From assembly GCA_964622425.1 (NCBI GenBank), contig CAZUQN010000003.1, positions 1,166-65,165 of the forward strand: a stretch of 64,000 nt of DNA, read 5' to 3'. A program made the translations under genes and the position numbers. Position 1 is the first letter of the stretch, and every line of letters starts with the position of its first letter. Source of the stretch: an uncultured Ruminococcus sp. (GTDB taxonomy: Bacteria; Bacillota; Clostridia; Oscillospirales; CAG-272). A model generated the notes under the pieces. The model saw nothing but the letters and a program-made list of their open reading frames with translations, made no database searches and was not told the DNA's origin. Shown in pieces: positions 21,758-30,916 of this stretch.

Positions 21758-22168
21758 TTAATTTGTTGCTGTTAATTCCTTGGTATAGACGTCAGCACTT
21801 CCGCCGCTACCTTCTACGGTAACCTCAAAGGTGCAACGGTATGTACCGCTGCCAACATCCTTTGTGAATTCAAAATTATCCGTAGCATTAGTAGAAGAAG
21901 CAGTCCACTCATCTACGTCACTCCACCAAAGGCCAAATAACCCTTTTTTCTCCAACGTTACTTTCACTGTTATCTTGGAAGTTACATTGGTATGCCCAGT
22001 AACGTATATAGAGGCAATGGCCAAATCATTCTGTATAATAAAAGAACAATCAATATTACTCGCATTATTGAGGCGAGGTTCAACCGCATATTCTTCCGCC
22101 GAAGCGACAACATTCATTCCAAAGCCCAGAAGAAGACAAAGCACAAGGACAAAAGAAATTTTCTTCAT
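21758..22168 (-). CDS. small secreted protein, unknown function
   Basis: 136 aa. Signal peptide MKKISFVLVLCLLLGFGMNVVASA and a strong SD (AAAGGAGGTG). Confidence 0.55.
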   Translation of the reverse strand: MKKISFVLVLCLLLGFGMNVVASAEEYAVEPRLNNASNIDCSFIIQNDLAIASIYVTGHTNVTSKITVKVTLEKKGLFGLWWSDVDEWTASSTNATDNFEFTKDVGSGTYRCTFEVTVEGSGGSADVYTKELTATN

Positions 22169-22276
22169 ATTTTCACCTCCTTTCGCATATATTATATATA
22201 TTTTATAATCCGAAAAGTGTCGAAAACGTTACATCATTTTTGAAAATTTAATAAAATTTAATATGTAACAAATCTA

Positions 22277-22305
22277 TTGTTTTTATTTTTCGTGTGATGT
22301 ATAAT
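22277..22305 (+). promoter_or_regulatory. candidate promoter of the ECF sigma operon
   Basis: TTGTTT, a 17-nt spacer, then TGTATAAT (an extended -10). Confidence 0.4.
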
Positions 22306-22331
22306 ATACGCGTAAATAAGGAGGACATCCG

Positions 22332-22880
22332 ATGTTATCACTTTATCTGAATATGCTTGACACAACGGAAGAAAAAAACAAGTTTCTACATATATACGAT
22401 AAATATGAACGGCAAATGGTTGATTTAGCCTACTCTATCCTGCGAGACAGTAATGATGCTAAAACCGCTCTTAACGATGCTCTGCTCTCGATAGCAAAAA
22501 ATATATACAAAATACCTGACGAGGACGAGGTCAGGGAGAAATCCTACGTCTTTAAAATAACCAAAAACGCCGCCCTCAAGTTATGGAATAAAAGCAAAAA
22601 GATCGAACAAATAAATCAGTTCCTCGACGTAAATATGGTGGCAGACAATCACACACCCGCAAGCGAGCTGATCTACAAAGAAGAGGTTCGTAAGCTTATA
22701 GGATACGTAAGATCATTATCAGAGAGCTATCGCGAAGTATTAATAATGAAGTACCTCTACGGTATGAGTTACGAGGATATCTCATCGGCTCTTGGCGTAA
22801 AGATTGAAGCCGTTAGAACAAGGTGCAGTCGAGGACTTGCTTTATTAAGAAAGATGATAAATAACGAGGTAAAGGTATGA
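22332..22880 (+). CDS. ECF-type RNA polymerase sigma-70 family factor
   Basis: 182 aa. Region 4 HTH: SYREVLIMKYLYGMSYEDISSALGVKIEAVRTRCSRGL. Confidence 0.85.
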   Translation: MLSLYLNMLDTTEEKNKFLHIYDKYERQMVDLAYSILRDSNDAKTALNDALLSIAKNIYKIPDEDEVREKSYVFKITKNAALKLWNKSKKIEQINQFLDVNMVADNHTPASELIYKEEVRKLIGYVRSLSESYREVLIMKYLYGMSYEDISSALGVKIEAVRTRCSRGLALLRKMINNEVKV

Positions 22881-23548
22881 CAACGGATAACAATATGACA
22901 TTGATTAAGGAGGCTCTATACGCTTTCGCCGCTGAAGAAAATGCACAAATTGAACGCGCTATAGAATCCGGTCCTAAGCCGCCGGAATCACTTTACTCAA
23001 GCTGCAGAGAAATTGCAGAAAAGATTGCAACAGAAAAAAAGAAGGTACTACCATTTAGGAAAGCGATAGCCGTTCTAGTAGCCGCAACTTTGATTATTTC
23101 TTTACTGACTGTAGTTGTTTATGCTGCGAGAAATAAGATAGGCGGATTTTTCATAGATTTCTTTGAGAAATATGCAGAGTTAACATCCGAAAATACAGAA
23201 GATAACAACTATACTCCCTCCGACGTTTCGATTACGTATCTGCCCGAGGATTATAACGAGACAAGAAAAAATATAGGTATAACAGGCGCACTTTATGAAT
23301 GGAAAAACAGCGAGAAAATTATAACACTACAATTCAGAATATTCTCTGACGGTTCTCAAGCTGTTGACACCGAAAATTCAGAGAATACCATAGTAGAGGT
23401 GGGTGATCTTACCGTATTCAGAACTGAAAAGTATGGGCAAATCAGCGCAACGTGGACCGATGAAAAAATGGTATATATTCTCTCCGCAACCGGCGTCGAG
23501 TGGGATGAGATGGTAAAGATCATTGAAGGAATAAAGATAGAGGAATAA
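22877..23548 (+). CDS. putative anti-sigma factor (single TM, extracytoplasmic domain)
   Basis: ATGA 4-nt overlap with the sigma gene. Central TM segment AIAVLVAATLIISLLTVVVYA. Confidence 0.6.
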   Translation: MTTDNNMTLIKEALYAFAAEENAQIERAIESGPKPPESLYSSCREIAEKIATEKKKVLPFRKAIAVLVAATLIISLLTVVVYAARNKIGGFFIDFFEKYAELTSENTEDNNYTPSDVSITYLPEDYNETRKNIGITGALYEWKNSEKIITLQFRIFSDGSQAVDTENSENTIVEVGDLTVFRTEKYGQISATWTDEKMVYILSATGVEWDEMVKIIEGIKIEE

Positions 23549-23663
23549 CAGTCGGAAAACACATCCACTTTTTATTCTTTTATGCTTGCTAATTGAAAAA
23601 CCGCCGTACCCACTGCGGTATAGCAGTTTTTTGTATATTTTATTTTACATTTCAAAACAAAAA

Positions 23664-23696
23664 GCAGAGATAATGGCTCGCGCCACATATCTCTGC
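23664..23696. terminator. hairpin between convergent genes
   Basis: GCAGAGATA...TATCTCTGC, flanked by an A-run and TTTTG. Confidence 0.5.
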
Positions 23697-23703
23697 TTTT
23701 GTT

Positions 23704-24339
23704 TTATTTAGTTCCGAAAAGGATGTCTCTGAATAGCTCGGCCGTCCTCTCGTCTCCTATTGCCTTCTTGAAGGCGTCGGTGGAAGGGCCGCCCTTTGAG
23801 AGGAGCCCTTCGACGTAAAGGCTTGCCTTTTCCTTCTTCACCTCGGGATTATCCGCAGGTCTTGCCGCATCAAGATAGGCCGCAAGATGCTCGGCCGCGA
23901 GACGGGAGAGCGCGGGTGTATCCGCCTTCTTACCCTTCTTGGATATACTCTCAGGAAGTTTTATTGAGTCATACCAATGCTCGCCTGGGTCACGCTCGGT
24001 GAGAGATGAGTATTTTGCCTTGACGTCCTCCATCGATAATCCGTCTGAGGAAAGCGTGTCATAAAGCTCAACTATGAGCGTATCGTTGCCCATAGCGAAA
24101 ATGCGGTCGTAGGAATAGAGCGGAAGGTCAACCTCGGTGGGATTAACGATAAGCGTATCCATCTTCATCAGACCGAAAAATCCCTTGGCGGTCATAACAG
24201 AAACGTGTCCAAGTCCCTCGGCGTGGTATGCGCGGATATTAAACTTCATTCCGCTTGCCTTGAGGCCCTCAACACAAGCACCGTCAATGGGTGTGATGGG
24301 ATATTTCTCCGCGATCATCAAAAGGAGTTTTTCCGTCAT
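23704..24339 (-). CDS. hypothetical protein (cytoplasmic)
   Basis: 211 aa. Its start overlaps the upstream gene's stop by 4 nt. No family is confidently recognised. Confidence 0.4.
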   Translation of the reverse strand: MTEKLLLMIAEKYPITPIDGACVEGLKASGMKFNIRAYHAEGLGHVSVMTAKGFFGLMKMDTLIVNPTEVDLPLYSYDRIFAMGNDTLIVELYDTLSSDGLSMEDVKAKYSSLTERDPGEHWYDSIKLPESISKKGKKADTPALSRLAAEHLAAYLDAARPADNPEVKKEKASLYVEGLLSKGGPSTDAFKKAIGDERTAELFRDILFGTK

Positions 24340-24974
24340 TTTGCCCTACCCGTGTTGATTTCAAGCTCGGCAAGGCCGTTCTTGTGGAGAAGATATACAC
24401 CCGCAAGAAGTGCGCCCTGACCTACTACGTTAACGCCCTCTGCAATCCAATTCATTGCCGCTTCGGCAAAGTCCTTAGAGGAAAGGTAACCCATACCGAG
24501 AGAGCAAACGAAGGATACCGCAAAGATGGCTATAAGCCACGGCTTCTTCATCTTAACTGCGATTATTGAAAGCACAGTATCGAGAATACCGAGTCCCGCA
24601 ACCATAAGACCGACGAAAACAAAGGTGCCCTTAAACAGAGGCGGAGCAACGGCAAGCGCCGCACTTCCCTTGCCCTTCTTTTCGGTCAGGAGAAGCAGAA
24701 TACCTATGCCCGCGAGGACAAAGCCTATCGACTGCACCGGGAAGAACATAGCGCTCAGCGCCTCGAAGTCGCAAGCGCCCGCCGCGTAAAGCAGCTTGTA
24801 GGTAGCCTTAAGGCCGCCCGCAAGTATAATATCGATCGTGCCCGCCGCAAAGAGAGCAAATGAGCACTTATTCATCTTGTTGTAGAGGTCACGCATCAGT
24901 ATAACCGATGCGATGGCAAAGCAGATAACAGGAATGTAATCCACAAGCGCCATAGATACAGAGAAGTCTTTCAT
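24336..24974 (-). CDS. polytopic membrane protein, unknown function
   Basis: 212 aa with several hydrophobic spans. SD AGGAG. Confidence 0.5.
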   Translation of the reverse strand: MKDFSVSMALVDYIPVICFAIASVILMRDLYNKMNKCSFALFAAGTIDIILAGGLKATYKLLYAAGACDFEALSAMFFPVQSIGFVLAGIGILLLLTEKKGKGSAALAVAPPLFKGTFVFVGLMVAGLGILDTVLSIIAVKMKKPWLIAIFAVSFVCSLGMGYLSSKDFAEAAMNWIAEGVNVVGQGALLAGVYLLHKNGLAELEINTGRAK

Positions 24975-25042
24975 TATTTGTACTCCTATAAAAGCTATGG
25001 ACGGAGCAAGGTATAACCCGCCCCGTCCGGGTCGAAAATCAA

Positions 25043-25852
25043 TTATTTTTTGTTAAGATGGTAAAGAGGGATAAGAGGAATAATGATGGGAGTCTTGTTA
25101 GCATACTCGTTGTATTCCTCGTTCTCACCGTAACGAGCCATCTGACGCTTCTCAAGTCTCTGAGCGCCGTTAAACATGATATAAACGATGCAAATGTAAG
25201 CAATTATTGCCATAATCCACTGTCCGGGGGTCTTGTATGCAGTAACGCCGCTTACGAACACACCGGTCCAGAAGGTGATTTCACCAAGATAGTTAGGGCA
25301 ACGAACGATTCGGTAAAGGCCCTTTGTTGCAACCATATCGGGGCGCTCCTTCTTCTGTGCCGACTTCTGATTATCCGCAATAGTCTCGAGCACAAGGCCG
25401 AAGATGGAGATAGCAAAACCGATAATGGGAACAACTACGTCAGAGGAGCCGTTAACAACTCTGAAGAGCATGGGGCTGACCTGAGTGGTATAAAGGATAG
25501 CAACTACGATCCAGATGGTAGCGAGGACGAAGATGGGCATCTTCTTCTCATTATTCTTTGCGAGAGTGTCCTTTGCAACGTCGGTCTTTCTGAAGGAAAC
25601 GTTCTTAAGCTCTCTTACAAGGAGGAAGCCTGAAAGACGTACACCGTAAGCGATAAAGAGCGCAGTCTCGACAAGAACGATCCAAAGAGGAGTCGCAGTG
25701 GGATTTACAAGGTACATAATGAGGACTGTGATACCGCCGCCCGCGATAGCAAAGCCGTAACCGATAGAGAGGAAGTATACGAATTTATAGAATCCTACGG
25801 CGCACATTACAGCGCAAACCGCGAGGAGAATTCCGAGAAGTGACCAAGGCAT
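25043..25852 (-). CDS. DUF1295 / steroid-5-alpha-reductase-like membrane protein
   Basis: 269 aa, polytopic. The C-terminal motif VRCPNYLGEITFWTGVF is typical of this family. Confidence 0.6.
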   Translation of the reverse strand: MPWSLLGILLAVCAVMCAVGFYKFVYFLSIGYGFAIAGGGITVLIMYLVNPTATPLWIVLVETALFIAYGVRLSGFLLVRELKNVSFRKTDVAKDTLAKNNEKKMPIFVLATIWIVVAILYTTQVSPMLFRVVNGSSDVVVPIIGFAISIFGLVLETIADNQKSAQKKERPDMVATKGLYRIVRCPNYLGEITFWTGVFVSGVTAYKTPGQWIMAIIAYICIVYIMFNGAQRLEKRQMARYGENEEYNEYANKTPIIIPLIPLYHLNKK

Positions 25853-25853
25853 A

Positions 25854-26720
25854 TCAGTTTGCCTCCTTTTCGAAGTATGTCTTTATGTATTCACCAAAGC
25901 TCTTATCACCAACAACGGTGTCACCGACAAGGTCGTGGCTGAGAGTCCACTTGGAGAAGAGGATGATATCGTGCTTACCTGCCTTCTTGATCTTGGGAAG
26001 GTTAGCAAGAATACCGAAGAGCCAGATGGGAGCCCACTTGATCTTAAGAGGCTTCTCTGCCGCCTCAAAGCAAAGAGCGGCCATCTCCTCGTAGGTGTAG
26101 GTCTCCTTACCGCCTACGTTGTAGGAAACGTTGGTGTCGTTCATATGATCTACGATGAATCTTGCGAAGTCGGGGCAGTCAACAACGTTAGCCTTTACTC
26201 CTCCGTAGCCCTTAAGGAGCTGCATCTCGCCCTTATCAACGTAGGGCTTGAACACCTTTGCGATATCGTAGAAGTAACCGGTGGGACGGTGAATGATCCA
26301 GTCGATCTCACCCTTCTTGATCTCCTCCTCAACGAGGTACTTTGCGTGGAGCATGGGAACCTTCTCTGCTCCGGGCTCGTCGCAGGAGATAACGGAGATG
26401 TAATTGAACTTCTTAACGCCGGCAGCCTTTGCCTCGTTGTAGATGTTCATATTACCCTTGTAGTCAATGTCATACGAGGTAAAGCGAGTAGATGCGCCGG
26501 TAAGACCTACGGTGGAGATCACCGCCTCTGCGCCGTCGCAAAGGCCCTTCAAGGTCTCGGGATTTGTAGCGTCGATCTTTACGAAGGTGTATTTACCCTC
26601 AGTACCCTCGACTGCGCCCTCATTAAGGTCAGCGGCAACAACCTCGTGACCGTCGGCAATGAGGAGCTTAAGTATTTCAGCGCCAAGATTACCGAAGGCG
26701 CCTGCAAGTACAACTTTCAT
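25854..26720 (-). CDS. NAD(P)-binding (NmrA/atypical SDR-like) oxidoreductase
   Basis: 288 aa. N-terminal Rossmann motif MKVVLAGAFGNLG. Confidence 0.65.
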   Translation of the reverse strand: MKVVLAGAFGNLGAEILKLLIADGHEVVAADLNEGAVEGTEGKYTFVKIDATNPETLKGLCDGAEAVISTVGLTGASTRFTSYDIDYKGNMNIYNEAKAAGVKKFNYISVISCDEPGAEKVPMLHAKYLVEEEIKKGEIDWIIHRPTGYFYDIAKVFKPYVDKGEMQLLKGYGGVKANVVDCPDFARFIVDHMNDTNVSYNVGGKETYTYEEMAALCFEAAEKPLKIKWAPIWLFGILANLPKIKKAGKHDIILFSKWTLSHDLVGDTVVGDKSFGEYIKTYFEKEAN

Positions 26721-26742
26721 TTTTAAAATCTCCTATTTATTC

Positions 26743-27672
26743 TTATTTCTTATTCTTTTCTTTTGCTCTCTTGTCGTTGATTATCTTCATATGCTCAGCG
26801 GTAACGAGCTCTACGCCGTTTTCCTTTGCCCAGCTTACACAGCCCTTAAGAACAAGAGGAAGGAATACTCTCGGCACACCGAGAATGGTCATAAGAGCAT
26901 CGTCAGTGAACTTGACCTTATCGTCAGCTCTGTCTGCCGCGTAGCGCACAGACTCAAGAGATGCCTGACGCATCTGGAGAAGCTCTGCTCTCATACGTGT
27001 CTTTCTGTGGAACCAGAAGTTCTTGCTGTCACGGTAGCCGTAGTCAACGGGGAGCGCGGGGAAATCCTTAGCCTTAACGCCGTTGATGATAGCATCTGCA
27101 TACTTCTTCTTCATAAGGATCTTGTCGATCTTAAGAATGAAGTGAGCGCCAAACTTGGAGGTGATACCGTTGAAATCGTGGTAAGGTCCCTCGTAGCCGT
27201 TAAGCTCGCCGGGAAGGTCCTTGTCAGCGCCGTCAAGCTCGCGTACCCATGTACACTCGATAGCCTCGATGGCGTCGGTCAATACCATAGGTCTTACGTC
27301 CTCGGGATTCTCCTCCTCGATAAGGCTCTTCTCAAGCTTGAAGTTGCACTTGGGCATCTTCTCGGAGGGCTTGTCACCGGGCCAGGAGAGCTTTACTGCC
27401 TCCTTGAAGGTGGCGGGCTTGTCATCGATGAAGTTGATCGCGCACTTACCGTTACGAAGAATATTCTGCGCGGTGTTGGAGGAATTACGGCAGGAGAGGA
27501 GCATTGCATAATAATCCTTGCCCGCTACGTAATAGGGCTGAACGAGGGAGTAAGGACCGAGGTTAGTCGTGCCGTCCTCGCAAAGCGTGCTGATGATGAC
27601 TGTGGGCATCGGGAAGAACAAAGAGGTCTGGTAGAAGTTATCCACGATGCGAAGGTTTTCAAAACTACTCAT
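26743..27672 (-). CDS. flavin reductase-like domain protein
   Basis: 309 aa. The N-terminal block PMPTVIISTLCEDGTTNLGPYS resembles the FMN-binding split-barrel flavin reductase fold. Confidence 0.45.
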   Translation of the reverse strand: MSSFENLRIVDNFYQTSLFFPMPTVIISTLCEDGTTNLGPYSLVQPYYVAGKDYYAMLLSCRNSSNTAQNILRNGKCAINFIDDKPATFKEAVKLSWPGDKPSEKMPKCNFKLEKSLIEEENPEDVRPMVLTDAIEAIECTWVRELDGADKDLPGELNGYEGPYHDFNGITSKFGAHFILKIDKILMKKKYADAIINGVKAKDFPALPVDYGYRDSKNFWFHRKTRMRAELLQMRQASLESVRYAADRADDKVKFTDDALMTILGVPRVFLPLVLKGCVSWAKENGVELVTAEHMKIINDKRAKEKNKK

Positions 27673-27684
27673 TTTGTTTCTCCT

Positions 27685-28206
27685 TTATATTATTATTATT
27701 GATTCAAGAATGGAATATATGTCGCCAAAGGCCTTGCCCTCCATCGTCCAGGTGAGCAGGGATTCGGCAATAAACTCAGCTGCAAACTCGCCGTTTTTTG
27801 CCGTTTTACTTAACACGGGTAGGACTATATCGGCTATCTGCCTTCTTAATATTCTATGGTAATCAGTGTGTGCAGCGCCAAAGCTCTTCGCCGCCTCAGG
27901 GTCGGAAAACAGCGTTCTGTGCGAGGTAATAAAGCCGCCGAGCGAATCATACACGGCAAGGAGCACCTCCTCGGGATCACGTGAGTCAACGCTCCTCATT
28001 TTCACAAGAGCTCTCTGCCAATCCTCGAGCATAAACGAGGCTATAAGAACGTCCTTTGACGGGAAATAATTATACACGGTACCCACCCCGAGGCTGCATG
28101 CGCTCGCAACAGATCGTACGGTGGTTTTGGAATAGCCGAATTCTTTTATCTGTCTTGCTGCCTCCGCAAGGAGCTGTTCCTTTACGTTTTCAATTATCTT
28201 AGGCAT
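27685..28206 (-). CDS. TetR family transcriptional regulator
   Basis: 173 aa. HTH: FGYSKTTVRSVASACSLGVGTVYNYFPSKD. Confidence 0.85.
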   Translation of the reverse strand: MPKIIENVKEQLLAEAARQIKEFGYSKTTVRSVASACSLGVGTVYNYFPSKDVLIASFMLEDWQRALVKMRSVDSRDPEEVLLAVYDSLGGFITSHRTLFSDPEAAKSFGAAHTDYHRILRRQIADIVLPVLSKTAKNGEFAAEFIAESLLTWTMEGKAFGDIYSILESIIII

Positions 28207-28222
28207 ATTCTCTCCTTTTTTA

Positions 28223-28234
28223 TGAACACGTTCA
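28223..28234. promoter_or_regulatory. candidate TetR operator palindrome
   Basis: TGAAC-AC-GTTCA, 17 nt upstream of the tetR start codon. Confidence 0.25.
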
Positions 28235-28404
28235 CTTCAATCTAATTATATACTTCGGTTTATTAAAAGTCAAGTACTTTTTGATATTTTTTTAACAATG
28301 TTTTTATATAAAAAGGCACTGTGTCACTAAGAATTCAGTCATCACATAATTTTAAAGACTAAAACAAGCGGAAAGCACTGAATTCTTGGTGCAAAGCGCC
28401 TTTC

Positions 28405-28613
28405 GGGGCTAGATCAATTTAGGATGGAAATCAGTAGCCGTAAGGGAACCGAACTAACAAGTCTTACGACGATACCTTTTAGTGTCTTTCGCCACGCAGA
28501 GTCTTGTAAAGTCGTACTGACGAGCGATAGATGTATATAAATACATCGAGCGAGGAAACGGCGATAGAAAAAGAGTGTGAGAGGTGGAAATTACGAGAAT
28601 TTCCACCTCTCAC
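28405..28613. repeat. structured intergenic element, short copy (possible ncRNA), ending in a terminator-like hairpin
   Basis: About 90 percent identical by eye to both ends of 48316-48719. Contains hairpin GCCGTAAG...CTTACGAC and a terminal hairpin GTGAGAGGTGGAAATT..AATTTCCACCTCTCAC. Confidence 0.4.
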
Positions 28614-28706
28614 CTATAGAATATTAGGTTTCAGGGTTGTTTTCATTGGCTTCTCGACTCTTTTTCGATTACGCCTAAATAAATCAGCCCCTGTTAATTG
28701 GTTTAG

Positions 28707-29465
28707 TTATTTTACAAACTCTGCAATAAGTCTTGCAGTCTCCTCGATTTGTGCAACACCTGTGATCGTTGCCTCGGTGTCACCTTCCTGCAGACCGTAC
28801 ATGCCGAATCCTGAGTGGTTGCCACCCTCGATAATTGTCTCGGTAAGGTCAGCGGGCAGATTGCCCATAGAGCCGACGTAATTATCCTTATTCATAACGG
28901 TATCAAGGCTTCCGTATATCGAAGCTACCTTAAGTCCGCTATTGGAAAGATTCTTGCTCGAGTATGCGCCAAGGAGAATAACACCTTTGTAGTCATCCTT
29001 GTTGTCAGCCGCGTATGCCGCAGCCATGCTGCCTCCGAGTGAGTGACCTGCCATATACCAGTTATCCACCCAGAAGAGCTGATCCTTCATACCGTTTGCC
29101 GCAGTCTTTTTAAGAACCGCAAGGTTAAAGGGCATCTCGACAAGCACCGCGAGTATTCCCTCCTTCGCAAGAGCGCGCATAAGAGGAACGTAGGCGGCAG
29201 CCTCAACCTTTCCTCCGGGATAGAAGATAACACCGGCGATGCACTCGTCGGGAATGTACGCTACAGCGCCGCCCTTGAGCTCTCTCTCCTCGATCTTCAC
29301 CTCGGGAACGTATGCGTCGATCGCGGCGGTATCCGCGCGGTAATAGTCATTAACGTATATACCAAAACAAGCGAAAAGTATTGCGAAGGCGACGAGCGTG
29401 GAAATAATAATCATATGATTGCGCGCTTGACGTCTCGCCCTTATTCTTCTACTTACTTTCATCAT
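28707..29465 (-). CDS. membrane-anchored alpha/beta hydrolase
   Basis: 252 aa. N-terminal TM segment and the nucleophile elbow GHSLGG. Confidence 0.7.
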   Translation of the reverse strand: MMKVSRRIRARRQARNHMIIISTLVAFAILFACFGIYVNDYYRADTAAIDAYVPEVKIEERELKGGAVAYIPDECIAGVIFYPGGKVEAAAYVPLMRALAKEGILAVLVEMPFNLAVLKKTAANGMKDQLFWVDNWYMAGHSLGGSMAAAYAADNKDDYKGVILLGAYSSKNLSNSGLKVASIYGSLDTVMNKDNYVGSMGNLPADLTETIIEGGNHSGFGMYGLQEGDTEATITGVAQIEETARLIAEFVK

Positions 29466-29564
29466 ATATCTACACCTCTCGTGTATGTTTTCCTATATTC
29501 TATCACATTCCGCCGTCTTTTTCAACACATTTTCACTTTTTATTTTAGTTTTTATGTGTTGAGC

Positions 29565-30125
29565 TTATTTTTTAAATCTCAGACCGTCGGAGAATGCCTT
29601 GCCGACAACCTCTCCTATCACACGATACGTGTGGTTTGCGGAATCGTAGGTTATGGGCTTCAGCTTATCGGGATCTATCTTACCGTCGGTAAGAACCGAC
29701 TCGTCCGCAGACACGTTGACTATCTCTCCGACAAGACGGCAGCTTTCGTGATCATAGCTCTTTACAAGACACTCAAGCGCCATGGGTAACTCAAGAATTA
29801 TCGGCGCGTCAACAAGCTCGCTCTTTACGGTATGGAGGCCGCATCTGCCAAGCTTATCTACCACCTTATTTCCGCTCTCTATGCCCACGTAGTCGCACTC
29901 ACTGACGAAGTCAGCCGTCGCCATACTCACGGTAAAAGCGCCGCGAGCTGTAAAATTCTTCGTGGTTTTATGTTCCGCGCTGACGCAGACCGTGATCTCG
30001 TTTTCCTCGGTAATTCCGCCCCAAGCGGCGTTCATCGCGTTAGGTGTACCGTCCTCGCCATACGTGCCGAGAATGAACACGGGCATGGGGTAAACCATCG
30101 GTTTTACACCAAAATTCTTTCTCAT
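29565..30125 (-). CDS. flavin reductase family protein
   Basis: 186 aa. PMPVFILGTYGEDGTPNAMNAAWGG motif. Confidence 0.7.
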   Translation of the reverse strand: MRKNFGVKPMVYPMPVFILGTYGEDGTPNAMNAAWGGITEENEITVCVSAEHKTTKNFTARGAFTVSMATADFVSECDYVGIESGNKVVDKLGRCGLHTVKSELVDAPIILELPMALECLVKSYDHESCRLVGEIVNVSADESVLTDGKIDPDKLKPITYDSANHTYRVIGEVVGKAFSDGLRFKK

Positions 30126-30538
30126 AATACTTCTCCTTGATCAAATTCTTCTCTGCCCCACCAATCGGGCATAAGCTCGCCGAGGGTCACCGTCGTTTTC
30201 TTTTCTATATCGGTCAGTATTTCAATCTCACAGCTTCTCGGCGAAAGCTGCATCATAAGCTCTCGGCAAGCTCCGCAGGGTGAGCCTACACTGCCGTCGG
30301 TCATTACCGCGACGACCTTATCTATCTCACTCTCTCCGTTAGTTATCATATTCGCGATAGCGTTTCTCTCGGCACACATACCGAGCGAGCAGGCGGTATC
30401 TATACAGACACCGACGTATATGTTACCGCTCTTTGAGAGTATAGCCGCGGCAACGCCTCCCGCATCAACGAAGGGGGATATTCTCCTCCCCCTTTGTACC
30501 TCGAGCGCCCTTTCGTAAAGTGTATCCCAAATGCTCAT
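30122..30538 (-). CDS. cdd: cytidine deaminase
   Basis: 138 aa. Zinc motifs CAERNAI and PCGACRE. Confidence 0.85.
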   Translation of the reverse strand: MSIWDTLYERALEVQRGRRISPFVDAGGVAAAILSKSGNIYVGVCIDTACSLGMCAERNAIANMITNGESEIDKVVAVMTDGSVGSPCGACRELMMQLSPRSCEIEILTDIEKKTTVTLGELMPDWWGREEFDQGEVL

Positions 30539-30550
30539 AATATTCCTTTC

Positions 30551-30580
30551 AAAAAAGGCGCACGCGGCGCCTTTTTATTT
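30551..30580. terminator. bidirectional hairpin ending the BMC operon
   Basis: aaaaAAGGCGCacgcgGCGCCTTtttatttt. On the minus strand the stem is followed by TTTTTT. Confidence 0.6.
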
Positions 30581-30607
30581 TTGTTTCACAGTTAGCCTGA
30601 ATACCCC

Positions 30608-30916
30608 TTAGAGAAGGTGTACGGGAAGCTCAGCTCCGAGTCCGTAGCGCACGAATCCGTCGGGATGAGTATCCGTCTCAGCCTCAGCCTTCTTTGTCTC
30701 GGGCTTCTTTATGTGGGGCTTCTTCTCCTTAAGCGCGGTATTCTTCTTAGGCTCAGCCTTTACGGTAGCAACCTTCTTAGTCTCTTTCTTTACCTCGGGC
30801 TTTACCTCTGTCTCGGGCTCTGTAACCACACTGTGCTCCATATCGGGAGCGGAGGTATTCACCTTGGAATAACCGTTATTCGTTACTCTCTTAAGAGCAT
30901 TCTTACCTACCGGCAT
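30608..30916 (-). CDS. small Lys/Glu/Pro-rich, probably disordered protein; candidate ParA partner (McdB-like by architecture only)
   Basis: 102 aa with about 18 Lys. Basic N-terminus MPVGKNALKR, a central KPEVKKETKK-type low-complexity stretch and a hydrophobic C-terminus. The start overlaps the parA stop by 14 nt. Confidence 0.5.
   Translation of the reverse strand: MPVGKNALKRVTNNGYSKVNTSAPDMEHSVVTEPETEVKPEVKKETKKVATVKAEPKKNTALKEKKPHIKKPETKKAEAETDTHPDGFVRYGLGAELPVHLL

Noticed and set aside
18990-23560. The AT-rich islet as a prophage or integrative element.
   Set aside because: No integrase, recombinase, phage structural genes, tRNA target or direct repeats at the edges were seen. Only the composition and the accessory-looking secreted proteins support horizontal origin.
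23704-24339. Assigning the 211-aa protein to the ferredoxin-dependent bilin reductase family.
   Set aside because: This was only a vague resemblance from memory (MDTLIVNP...DLPLYSYD), with no diagnostic motif I can defend. I left it as hypothetical.
28531-28881. A 116-aa plus-strand ORF spanning the structured element and the 3' end of the hydrolase gene.
   Set aside because: It starts inside the repeat, runs through a 16-bp terminator hairpin and then runs antisense to a gene with a clear GHSLGG hydrolase motif. It has no SD.
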